Shown here one piece after another: positions 49,423 to 57,698 of a stretch of DNA of 64,000 bases. Both the position numbers and the translations under genes were made by a program. Under the pieces are notes generated by a model. The model worked only from the letters and a program-made list of their open reading frames with translations, was not told where the DNA came from and did not search any database. Positions within the stretch are counted from its first letter, which is position 1. Each line of letters opens with the position of its first letter. Source of the stretch: Pseudomonadota bacterium (lineage in GTDB: Bacteria > Pseudomonadota > Alphaproteobacteria > Sphingomonadales > SMXR01); NCBI GenBank assembly GCA_022574255.1, contig JACZSK010000002.1, positions 11,199 to 75,198 of the forward strand. The letters are read 5' to 3'.

Positions 49423-51456
49423 TCAACCCCCTTTGACGTAGGTGGCGTACCAGTCCAGATAGCGCTCATAGCGGTCCCTGATGAAGCTGGGCCGCCTAAA
49501 GCCGTGGAACTCGCCTGGATAGACGACCAGCTGCGTTGCGATGCCCCGTCGACGCAGCACCTGATAAAGCTGTTCAGAATTCATGATTGGAACGTTCCAG
49601 TCCTCTTTTCCACCCAATATCAACGTCGGCGTCTCGACTTTATCGAGAGCATTAAAGGGGGAGAGCTTTTCCCACAATTCACGATTCTCCCAAGGCAAGC
49701 CAAGCTCCGCCTCCCAAATCTGCTGATAGATATCGTGGCCATAATTGGCAACATAAAGCACTTCGCTGGCACCCGTGATGGCGCCCTTGAAGCGGTTGGT
49801 TTTAGTGATCACGTAGTTGGTCAGCATGCCGCCGTATGACCATCCCCCGACCCCGAGCCGCTCGGCATCGGCGTAGCCCGCGCCGATGGCATAATCGACC
49901 GCGGCCATAACGTCCTGGTAATCGAGATTGCCCCAGTCCTGAAATATGCCGAGGGAGAAGTCCTGACCATAACCGCTGGAGCCCCGGGGATTGGCCATGA
50001 CCACCACATAACCGTTCGCCGCGAACAACTGGGCGTCCGCGTGGAAGGAAATATCATATTGGCCAACGGGCCCACCGTGGATGCGCAGAAGTGTTGGATA
50101 GGTTTTTTTCGGATTGTATCCGGGCGGCGTATAAATAAAGCCCTCGATTTCGGTCCCGTCGGCGCTGGGGAAGGTCACGCTCCTGACTTTGGCCAGAGTC
50201 AGGGCGCTCAGCAATTCAGTATTCGTCTGGGTCAATTGGTTGAGGCTATCGCCCTCCAGAATGAAAATCTCCTCGGGGTGATTCGGCGCTCGAGTCAGGG
50301 CCGCGATCGCACCGCCGGAATGCAGGTTGAAGGAACGAACACTCACTTCACCGCTGATCGGCCGCGCTATTTCACCCGTAGCCAGGTCAAGCCGCGCCAG
50401 GTGATTTTCGCCGCTGTCTTCCAGCCGGAACCATATGGCGTCGCCCTCAACATCGAAGACCGGCGCTCTTACATTGCGATCAAGATCGACTGTCAAAACC
50501 CTGGCCTCGCCCCCGGAGGCCGGGATCATCGCCAGATGATTCGTCGCATACCATAAAATCTCCGGTTGGGTGACCGTGACATAGGCCAGAGTCTTGCCGT
50601 TACGGCTCCAGGCCGGTGAGTAATCCGACCCGGGGTTTGTGGTGACCCTGCGGGCGGTCCTTGTTTTCTCGCTACCCTCCGCCGAAACCACCCAGATATC
50701 CGTGTTATTATTTCTATCCGGTTCTTCTGTACGGTTCGAGACGAAGGCAATTTCGCTGCCGTCGGGGCTCCAGACCGGCTCCGAATCGTCGTAATCGTCA
50801 AATGTGATCTGTAAAGGCTCTGCGTCCCGGCCCTCAACCAGATAGAGATGGGTGCGCGAGCGATCGAGATAACCGACATAATCTTTCTTGAAGTGAAGTC
50901 GGTCGATGACCCAGGGCAGCGGGATTTCCTCCTTGCGTTTTTCTTTCTGCTCGGCCAGCAATCTTTCGGCTTCACTTTGATCCTTGATAACCAGCAACAT
51001 CTTCTGGCCGTCGGGAGACCAGTGAAACTCGCTCACGCCCTGTGGGACATTGGTATATTGCTGCGCCTCGCCGCCGCGGCGATCGAGCGTCCATACCTGC
51101 GTCTTTTCTTCTTCGGTTTTAGCCGCCAGGAAACCAAGAATTTTTCCGTCGGGGCTCCAGCGCGGGCTCGATGCGGAATAATCGTTCGCGGTCAACTGAA
51201 CGACCTCATCGCCATCGCGGGAGACCATAAAGATTTGCGTCGATTCGGCATCTTTCTTCAGATCGTTCCGCGTGACCGTATAGGCGACCCAGTGCCCGTC
51301 CGGACTGATCTGCGGGTCGGCGACCCGTTTCAGCGCAAGGATATCGTCGATGGTCAGACTGCGTTGAGCGTCCGCTTCCTGCGAACAACCCAAAATTCCA
51401 AGATTCAATACCAGCAGCACAGTGAGAATACGAGATACAGATAAATCAACAGACAT
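49423..51456 (-). CDS. S9-family serine peptidase (prolyl oligopeptidase / acylaminoacyl-peptidase-like) with N-terminal beta-propeller; lipoprotein signal
   Basis: LNLGILGC lipobox. Repeated ...SPDG..(I/V)A(F/Y)... propeller blades. GGWSYGG nucleophile elbow and a C-terminal alpha/beta-hydrolase domain. Confidence 0.85.
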   Translation of the reverse strand: MSVDLSVSRILTVLLVLNLGILGCSQEADAQRSLTIDDILALKRVADPQISPDGHWVAYTVTRNDLKKDAESTQIFMVSRDGDEVVQLTANDYSASSPRWSPDGKILGFLAAKTEEEKTQVWTLDRRGGEAQQYTNVPQGVSEFHWSPDGQKMLLVIKDQSEAERLLAEQKEKRKEEIPLPWVIDRLHFKKDYVGYLDRSRTHLYLVEGRDAEPLQITFDDYDDSEPVWSPDGSEIAFVSNRTEEPDRNNNTDIWVVSAEGSEKTRTARRVTTNPGSDYSPAWSRNGKTLAYVTVTQPEILWYATNHLAMIPASGGEARVLTVDLDRNVRAPVFDVEGDAIWFRLEDSGENHLARLDLATGEIARPISGEVSVRSFNLHSGGAIAALTRAPNHPEEIFILEGDSLNQLTQTNTELLSALTLAKVRSVTFPSADGTEIEGFIYTPPGYNPKKTYPTLLRIHGGPVGQYDISFHADAQLFAANGYVVVMANPRGSSGYGQDFSLGIFQDWGNLDYQDVMAAVDYAIGAGYADAERLGVGGWSYGGMLTNYVITKTNRFKGAITGASEVLYVANYGHDIYQQIWEAELGLPWENRELWEKLSPFNALDKVETPTLILGGKEDWNVPIMNSEQLYQVLRRRGIATQLVVYPGEFHGFRRPSFIRDRYERYLDWYATYVKGG

Positions 51457-51769
51457 TATGAACCTTCCAAAAATCAAAAATATTTCCTCAAGCGCGGTGA
51501 CAGGAAAATCCCGTCAGAACTGGGGGGAACCTACAGCGTCAGGCCAACAATATTAAAGGTAAAAACTCCATGTTCTTCAATTATGGACTTGCCCGAACGG
51601 CTTAAATATTGGGAACTTCGCCAAATTGGTTTCATGACCTGACTGGCTGCCCTTGCTCCTTCGCTAGGAATGCGGGTATGGCTCATATAACCACTAAGCC
51701 CAGAATGACCGAGTTGAATGCGTCCAAATCTTTGCTTCACGATATCTTTGGGCGCGTCTTTGCCATCTT

Positions 51770-52670
51770 TGCCGAAATGAAACCCGGGCTGGCGAGCGAG
51801 CCGTCACCGTTCACACCCCTATGTACATTGAAATTGGGTGAGATCTGCCAGAAATTCCTGCCGCCTGGAGTGTTCAACGTGATCAGCGGTGGCGACGACC
51901 TCGGCAAGTGGATGACGGCACACCCGGGCATCAACAAGATCGCATTCACCGGTCACACGGATACCGGCAAGCACGTCATGCGTTCGGCTGCGGACAATCT
52001 GAAACGCCTGACACTCGAACTTGGTGGTAACGATCCCGCTATTGTGCTGCCGGACGTTGATCCCGAAACGGTCGCACCTGAATTGTTCTGGGGCGCGCAT
52101 CAGAATAACGGACAATTCTGCAACTCGATCAAGCGTGTCTATATCCACGAGGATGTGTATGACGATGTGCGCGATGCGTTGGTCGAATTCGCCAAGGGAA
52201 TGAAAGTTGGCAATGGCGCTGATGCAGACACTGCCTTGGGGCCGATCCAGAATCTGCCTCAGTACGAAAAGGTCAACGAGTATATCGATGACTGCGCGGA
52301 GAACGGATACACATTCGCGATTGGCGGCGAGGTCGATAAAGGCGCCGAAGGCTGATTTATTCCGACCACGCTGATCGACAATCCTCCCGAGGACTCACGT
52401 ATCGTAACGGAAGAACCGTTCGGGCCTATTGTGCCTTTGCTGAAATGGTCGGATGAGGAAGATGTCATTCAAAGGGCCAATGACACGCGGTATGGTCTGG
52501 GCGCCTCGGTATGGGGCAAGGATCAGGATTCGGTGCAGCGTATCGGCGGCCACAAGGAATCCGGAATCGGCTGCGAGAATTCTTTGCATGGGTTGATGGA
52601 GTACACAAACTGGCACACAATTACCCCAAACAAGAACTGGGGCAAAGGAGCGGCGGACAAGGCGGCTTAG
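51770..52670 (+). pseudogene. Aldehyde dehydrogenase pseudogene: 5'-truncated, in-frame TGA, C-terminal internal deletion
   Basis: ALDH similarity begins only at ...KPGLASEPSPFTPL..., which is roughly a third of the way into a typical ALDH. ELGGNDP and GQFCNSIKR are present. A TGA at 52353-52355 interrupts ...GAEG*FIPTTLIDNPPEDSRIVTEEPFGPIVPLLKW... in the same frame. The VW.N....PFGG block is shortened to SVWGKDQDSVQRIGGHKESGIG. Confidence 0.75.
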
Positions 52671-52698
52671 GGCGCTTGGCGAGGGGCAGTCAATAACC

Positions 52699-53038
52699 CT
52701 ACCTAGGCGGCTCCCAGCCAATCGGGGTCTCCACGCCGATGACCCCGGTGAACTTCATGGTTTTGCCGCGAATATAGATCGCGTATTGCCCTGACCCAAA
52801 CTTGTCCCGAATATCCTCCACCAGGCCCTCGTAAGGGCAGCATTTGCGGATAAACTTTCCGACGGGGCGGGCAATCCACAGCCTTGTAGACGTATACCTT
52901 CAGCCGCTGGTCGCCCTTGTAGAGGATCGCCGTCAGTTCTTCCTCCAGGTGATAGTCGCCCGTGTAGACGTAAGGCAGCTTGCGCCTGCGCTTGGGCTTT
53001 TTCTTAGCGTTCTTGGGCTTGTTCTTGGGGGTTTTCAT
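52699..53038 (-). pseudogene. Small basic hypothetical protein gene with an apparent frameshift
   Basis: Frame 1 reads MKTPKNKPKNAKKKPKRRRKLPYVYTGDYHLEEELTAILYKGDQRLKVYVYKAV and then turns R/G/P-rich. From about 52885, the next frame reads WIARPVGKFIRKCCPYEGLVEDIRDKFGSGQYAIYIRGKTMKFTGVIGVETPIGWEPPR and stops at 52699. That second reading looks like genuine coding sequence. Confidence 0.4.
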
Positions 53039-53126
53039 AGGACTTCTCCTGTATTTCCTTCGTTGTGTGGCGATTGTGTGGCCTGGATTTTGCCAACGTG
53101 TGTCAATTGTGTGCAGATTGTGCGGT

Positions 53127-53339
53127 CTACTGGCTTGTACATGTGTGGCCGTCCGAACCAGTTTCTTCGAGCAAGCGCTGCCAGCGCTCGGCGGCCTTGC
53201 GCGAAATCAGGGTTCTTCGGCCCGCCTTGAAGAATTTCAGGCGACCGGATTTGAATTCCAGATAAACGAAGCTGCGCGAGACGCCATACGCCTGGCAGAA
53301 GGACTTGATGTTGTAGGCCTGGATTTCGACGTGTGACAC
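53127..53339 (-). CDS. AlpA/excisionase-family small HTH DNA-binding protein
   Basis: 70 aa. YNIKSFCQAYGVSRSFVYLEFKSGRLKFFKAGRRTLISRKAAERW fits the excisionase/AlpA HTH pattern. It lies near the integrase gene. Confidence 0.6.
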   Translation of the reverse strand: MSHVEIQAYNIKSFCQAYGVSRSFVYLEFKSGRLKFFKAGRRTLISRKAAERWQRLLEETGSDGHTCTSQ

Positions 53340-53437
53340 GATGCTGTTCTTTCCATAGATGTCCGATGGAGAGAAAATGAGCCTTCAGCGCAAGTTTGGC
53401 AAAAAAGGAACTTTTCCGAATAATTCTTCGAAAAAGT

Positions 53438-54211
53438 TCACTTCGGGTCCAATGTGTATTTGCGGTGATCGTCGGGGCGCAGTTTGGACACGGTACCTGA
53501 CTTGATTTTCTTTTGCAGCAGCACCGAGCCCAGTGTTTCCACTATTTTGTTAGGTGCACGAGGGGGCAGAGGGTCGTCTGCAGGCTCAAAATACGGCTCC
53601 AGCATGCCAAAGATGCGAAGCAATACATAGGTTTGCTCCGATATCCTCCGTTCCGGACTGTAAAGCTGGTCAGACTGCTCAGGTGTCAGGAGTTTTCCAT
53701 CTTCTGTCATGGTGAGCGGTAAATCCGAAGGTTCCAGGATCGAAGCTCCGATATTCATGACTTCCGCAAAAGTATGGAGGTCATCTTGTTCGTCAGGCGA
53801 GCAGTTCAGGGCAATGGTTTCAACGCCAATGCGGAGCCCCTTTAGGTCAGGATCGGCGGCGGCTTCTGTCGCCAGTTTGCGCAACTTCTTTGCCATGGCA
53901 GCACGCCGTTTTTGACGAATGTTCCAACTCTCGTTCTCACGCTCCCATTCCAGCGGCAACAGCGCGATACGGCGACGCAAGATTTTGATATCCCGGACCT
54001 TCAAGCCGTGCTTTTTCAGCTTTTTGAATACTGGAGCGAGGCGCTTGCCCGCTTTGAGGCGGCGATAACTGTCCGCGACCTCCAGAGGCACGGAATCAAC
54101 GAAAGTAGCATGGCGATCTATGCTCGGAAGCAAATCTTCCAGCAGTAAATCGAGAGCGCGTTCGCCGTCTTTTTTCGCTTTGCCCTTAGGTTTGGCACGC
54201 TTTTTGGTCAT
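53438..54211 (-). CDS. Hypothetical protein (islet cargo)
   Basis: 257-aa ORF with a basic N-terminus. I recognise no family. It sits 11 nt downstream of the integrase gene on the same strand. Confidence 0.45.
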   Translation of the reverse strand: MTKKRAKPKGKAKKDGERALDLLLEDLLPSIDRHATFVDSVPLEVADSYRRLKAGKRLAPVFKKLKKHGLKVRDIKILRRRIALLPLEWERENESWNIRQKRRAAMAKKLRKLATEAAADPDLKGLRIGVETIALNCSPDEQDDLHTFAEVMNIGASILEPSDLPLTMTEDGKLLTPEQSDQLYSPERRISEQTYVLLRIFGMLEPYFEPADDPLPPRAPNKIVETLGSVLLQKKIKSGTVSKLRPDDHRKYTLDPK

Positions 54212-54222
54212 TGGTCTTGTGT

Positions 54223-55440
54223 TCAGCTTCGCGCCGAGCGGAAAGGCAGCACCTTGGCGCCACCTTCGATAGCATCAAGATGATTGGCCCAAGTCTGCAT
54301 CATTTCGGTTCGCTCGGCGATATATTCGGCCCGGTTGTAAGCCGCCCGCACCGCATTGCGTTCGTTGTGGGCCAACTGGCGTTCGATCACGTCGCCCCTA
54401 AAGCCCATTTCGTTGAGGATTGTGCTGGCAACAGCGCGGAAACCATGCCCGGTCATCCTGCCCTTGTAGCCAAGCCGATAAAGGGCGAAGAGCATGGTAT
54501 TGTTGCTGATGGGTTTGCGCGGTGACAGGCCAGAAAAAACATACGGGCCAACCGTCCGAATTTTCAGAAGCTCTTTCAGTATCGCGACCGCCTGGCGGGA
54601 GAGCGGCACGACATGTTCGTCGCGCATTTTCATGCGCTCTGCCGGAATGATCCAGAGCGCCTCGTCCAGATCAATTTCTGTCCACTCGGCGCGGATCAGT
54701 TCGCTGGTGCGCACAAATGTCAGCGCCAGAAGTTGCAGTGCCAACTTTGTCTGCTGAGTTCCTCTTCCGTCATCATATGTGGCAATGGCCCGCATCAGAT
54801 TGGGCAGCTCATCGGATTTCACTGCCGGTTGGTGCCCGCGCTTATGGGGGGTCAATGCACCTCTCAAATCCATTGCGACATTTCGTGTACAGCGCCCGGT
54901 GACGATGCCGTAGCGGAAAACCTGCCCGCAGACCTGCAAAACACGGTGTGCAAGATCATGGGCGCCACGGGCTTCGATCTTGCGCATCGCGGCCAGAAGC
55001 TCCGGCGCATCAATCTCGGCGATTGGCCGTCGCCCCAGCTGAGGGAACGAGTTCTTTTCAAGACGTCGCAACACATCCGCCGCGTGGTGCGGCACCCAGA
55101 GATGCTTTTGCTTGCCGTGCCATTCGCGGGCCACAGCCTCGAAGGAATTCGCGGCGGCGTTTTTTGCGCGTATCTTTTCGGCCCGGCGCTCGGCGGCAGG
55201 GTCCAGGTTATCGTCGAGCCGTCTGAGTTCCACGTCGCGGCGTCTTCGGGCATCCTTCAAGCCGATCCTCGGATAGACCCCAAGCGAAAGACATTTCTCT
55301 TTCCCCGCCAGCGAATAGCGCAACCGCCAATATTTTTTGCCGTCAGCAAAGACCCAAAGGTAAAGGCCGCCGGAATCTGGCAGCTTCTTGATTTTTTTGC
55401 CTTCGCTGGTGGCGTGTCTGCATTTTACGTCGCTCAGCAT
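54223..55440 (-). CDS. int: Tyrosine recombinase / phage-type integrase (P4-like, with DUF4102-type N-terminal arm-binding domain)
   Basis: The N-terminus LPDSGGLYLWVFADGKKYWRLRYSLAGKEKCLSLGVYP is typical of tRNA-targeting integrases. The C-terminus has ...HGFRAVASTILNE...ERQLAHNERNAVRAAYNRAEY catalytic motifs. Confidence 0.9.
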   Translation of the reverse strand: MLSDVKCRHATSEGKKIKKLPDSGGLYLWVFADGKKYWRLRYSLAGKEKCLSLGVYPRIGLKDARRRRDVELRRLDDNLDPAAERRAEKIRAKNAAANSFEAVAREWHGKQKHLWVPHHAADVLRRLEKNSFPQLGRRPIAEIDAPELLAAMRKIEARGAHDLAHRVLQVCGQVFRYGIVTGRCTRNVAMDLRGALTPHKRGHQPAVKSDELPNLMRAIATYDDGRGTQQTKLALQLLALTFVRTSELIRAEWTEIDLDEALWIIPAERMKMRDEHVVPLSRQAVAILKELLKIRTVGPYVFSGLSPRKPISNNTMLFALYRLGYKGRMTGHGFRAVASTILNEMGFRGDVIERQLAHNERNAVRAAYNRAEYIAERTEMMQTWANHLDAIEGGAKVLPFRSARS

Positions 55441-55478
55441 TGCGTTCGAATCCCGTTGTAACTTCTACTCCTACCACG

Positions 55479-55510
55479 AAAGTTACCACAGTTTAGCACA
55501 AAGTTACCAC
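55479..55510. repeat. Direct repeats AAAGTTACCAC (x2, 21 bp apart) between the integrase gene and the tRNA; candidate arm-type recombinase sites
   Basis: Copies at 55479-55489 and 55500-55510, with a related CTACCAC at 55471-55477. Confidence 0.35.
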
Positions 55511-55615
55511 GGACACAATGAGACGAAAATAGACAAAAATCGCCTGTTTTTTGCTCTATATCGTTGTATTTATTGAATTATACGGGACGGGCCTGGACGC
55601 TGGTGGACAAGTTGG

Positions 55616-55705
55616 TGGCGGAGCGAGAGGGATTCGAACCCTCGAAGGGCTTGCACCCTTACACGCTTTCCAAGCGTGCGCCTTAAGCCACTCGGCCACC
55701 GCTCC
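55616..55705 (-). tRNA. tRNA-Ser (anticodon GGA), CCA encoded
   Basis: Minus strand: GGAGCGGTGGCCGAGTGGCTTAAGGCGCACGCTTGGAAAGCGTGTAAGGGTGCAAGCCCTTCGAGGGTTCGAATCCCTCTCGCTCCGCCA. It folds with a 7-bp acceptor stem, anticodon stem CACGC/GCGTG with loop TTGGAAA, a long variable arm and a GGTTCGAATCC T-loop. Confidence 0.9.
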
Positions 55706-55789
55706 ATTTGCCTCACCGGCACGGCACTATAGCTATCAAGAGGAATGGCGCAAGCGCAACGCGCCGGGCGGACATCCCCCCCGGTATCG

Positions 55790-57592
55790 TTATCTGTCGT
55801 CCATCTTGAGCGCTGCAATGAAGGCCTCGTGGGGAATGTCGACCTTGCCGAAGGTGCGCATGCGTTTCTTGCCCTTCTTCTGCTTGTCCAGGAGCTTGCG
55901 TTTGCGCGACACGTCGCCGCCATAGCATTTGGCGGTGACATCCTTGCGCATGGCGCTGATGGTCTCGCGGGCAATGATTTTGCCGCCGATCGCCGCCTGG
56001 ATGGGTATCTTGAACAGGGCGCGCGGAATCAGGTCTTTCAGCCGTGCACAGAGCGCCCGGCCCTTGGCGTCGGCCTTGGAGCGATGCACCATGATGGACA
56101 ACGCGTCGATGCTTTCGCCATTGACCAGTATGGTCATTTTCACCAGATCGCCCTGGCGGTAATCGGCGACGTGATAATCGAAGCTGGCGTAGCCCCGGCT
56201 GATCGATTTCAGCCGGTCATAGAAATCATAAACCACTTCATTGAGGGGCAGCAGATAGACCAGCATCGCCCGGCTGCCGGCATAGGTCAGCTGCTGTTGC
56301 TCGCCGCGCTTGTCCTGGCACAGCTTGAGAATGCCGCCGAGATATTCGTCGGGCGTCAGGATGGTCGCTTCAATCCACGGCTCTTCGATGTGGCTGATAT
56401 ACACCGGGTCCGGCATATCGGCGGGATTGTGCAGTTCCCTGACTTCGCCCTTGTTCATATGAACCCGGTAAACAACGCTGGGCGCCGTGGTTATCAGGTC
56501 CAGGTCGAACTCGCGGGCCAGCCGCTGCTGGATGATCTCCAGATGCAACAGCCCTAGAAAACCGCAGCGGAACCCGAACCCGAGAGCCGCCGAAGTTTCC
56601 GGCTCGAACTCGAAGCTGGCGTCGTTGAGGCGCAGTTTCTTCAGACTCTCGCGCAGATGCTCGTAATCGGCGGCGTCGGCGGGGAACAGCCCGCAGAAGA
56701 CCACCGAACGCACCGGCTTGAAACCGGCGAGGGGCGTGGCCACCGGGTTTTTCACATCGGTGATGGTGTCGCCCACATGGGTGTCCGCCACTTCCTTGAT
56801 GGCGGCGGTGAGGAAACCAATCTCGCCCGGCCCCAGCGCCTCGACGGGGGTGACCTTGGGCGTAAACACGCCAACCCGCTCGACCAGATGTTCGGTACCC
56901 GCGGCCATCATTTTGACCTTCTGGCCTTTTTTCAACACGCCATCGATAATCCTGACCAGGATAACAACACCCAGATAGGCATCGTACCAGCTGTCAACCA
57001 GCAGCGCCTTCAGGGGCGCATCGGCGTCTCCCTTGGGCGCCGGCAGGCGGTGGACCAAGGCTTCCAGAACCTCGTGTATGCCCTCGCCCGTTTTGGCCGA
57101 ACATTCGACGGCATCCGATGCGTCTAGGCCCACCACATCCTCGATTTGCTGGCGCACCTGCGCCGGCTCGGCGGCGGGCAGGTCGATCTTGTTCAGGACA
57201 GAGATGATCTCGTGGTCGTTGTCGATCGCCTTGTAGACATTGGCCAGCGTCTGGGCCTCGACCCCCTGGCTGGCATCGACCACCAGCAGAGACCCTTCGC
57301 ATGCGGCCAGCGAACGGCTGACTTCATAGGCGAAATCCACATGGCCCGGCGTGTCCATCAGGTTCAGCACATAGGTCTCGCCATTGTCGGCGGTGTAATT
57401 CAGGCGCACCGTCTGGGCCTTGATGGTAATGCCGCGCTCGCGCTCCAGCTCCATGGTGTCCAGAACCTGCTCGGTCATTTCGCGGGCGCTCAGCCCCCCA
57501 CAAATCTGGATCAGGCGGTCGGCCAGCGTCGATTTCCCATGGTCGATATGGGCGATGATGGCGAAGTTTCTGATTTTTTCGGGCGTTTGCAT
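55790..57592 (-). CDS. lepA: Elongation factor 4 (translational GTPase LepA)
   Basis: [23 protein letters not shown]...DTPGHVDF...NKIDL G-domain motifs, with full-length LepA collinearity. Confidence 0.95.
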   Translation of the reverse strand: MQTPEKIRNFAIIAHIDHGKSTLADRLIQICGGLSAREMTEQVLDTMELERERGITIKAQTVRLNYTADNGETYVLNLMDTPGHVDFAYEVSRSLAACEGSLLVVDASQGVEAQTLANVYKAIDNDHEIISVLNKIDLPAAEPAQVRQQIEDVVGLDASDAVECSAKTGEGIHEVLEALVHRLPAPKGDADAPLKALLVDSWYDAYLGVVILVRIIDGVLKKGQKVKMMAAGTEHLVERVGVFTPKVTPVEALGPGEIGFLTAAIKEVADTHVGDTITDVKNPVATPLAGFKPVRSVVFCGLFPADAADYEHLRESLKKLRLNDASFEFEPETSAALGFGFRCGFLGLLHLEIIQQRLAREFDLDLITTAPSVVYRVHMNKGEVRELHNPADMPDPVYISHIEEPWIEATILTPDEYLGGILKLCQDKRGEQQQLTYAGSRAMLVYLLPLNEVVYDFYDRLKSISRGYASFDYHVADYRQGDLVKMTILVNGESIDALSIMVHRSKADAKGRALCARLKDLIPRALFKIPIQAAIGGKIIARETISAMRKDVTAKCYGGDVSRKRKLLDKQKKGKKRMRTFGKVDIPHEAFIAALKMDDR

Positions 57593-57698
57593 GGCGCACA
57601 TGTATCACCCGGCTGCCGCCGCGCCAAGGGGTGGATTTTGCCTGAAGCAGGCCGGCAATGTGGAGGTGAAGCAGCGGCTCAGGCGGAGCGGGAGGAGC

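Noticed and set aside
52353-52355. In-frame TGA in the ALDH-like gene as a selenocysteine codon
   Set aside because: The position corresponds to a structural aromatic residue, not a catalytic Cys. The gene also lacks its N-terminal third and has a C-terminal deletion. I saw no obvious SECIS-like hairpin downstream.
52676-52700. Degenerate copy of the tRNA-Ser 3' end as the distal att site
   Set aside because: Similarity is patchy (TGGCG...GGG...AACCCT) and needs several gaps. It cannot be told apart from chance without a computed alignment. I kept it only as a pointer in the islet finding.
55443-55457. 11-nt inverted match (GGGATTCGAAC) to the tRNA-Ser T-arm region just upstream of the integrase start
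   Set aside because: The match is centred on the self-complementary TTCGAA. It is short and in inverted orientation, so it is probably chance.
55745-56557. 270-aa plus-strand ORF
   Set aside because: It is antisense to lepA, a universally conserved gene read unambiguously on the minus strand.
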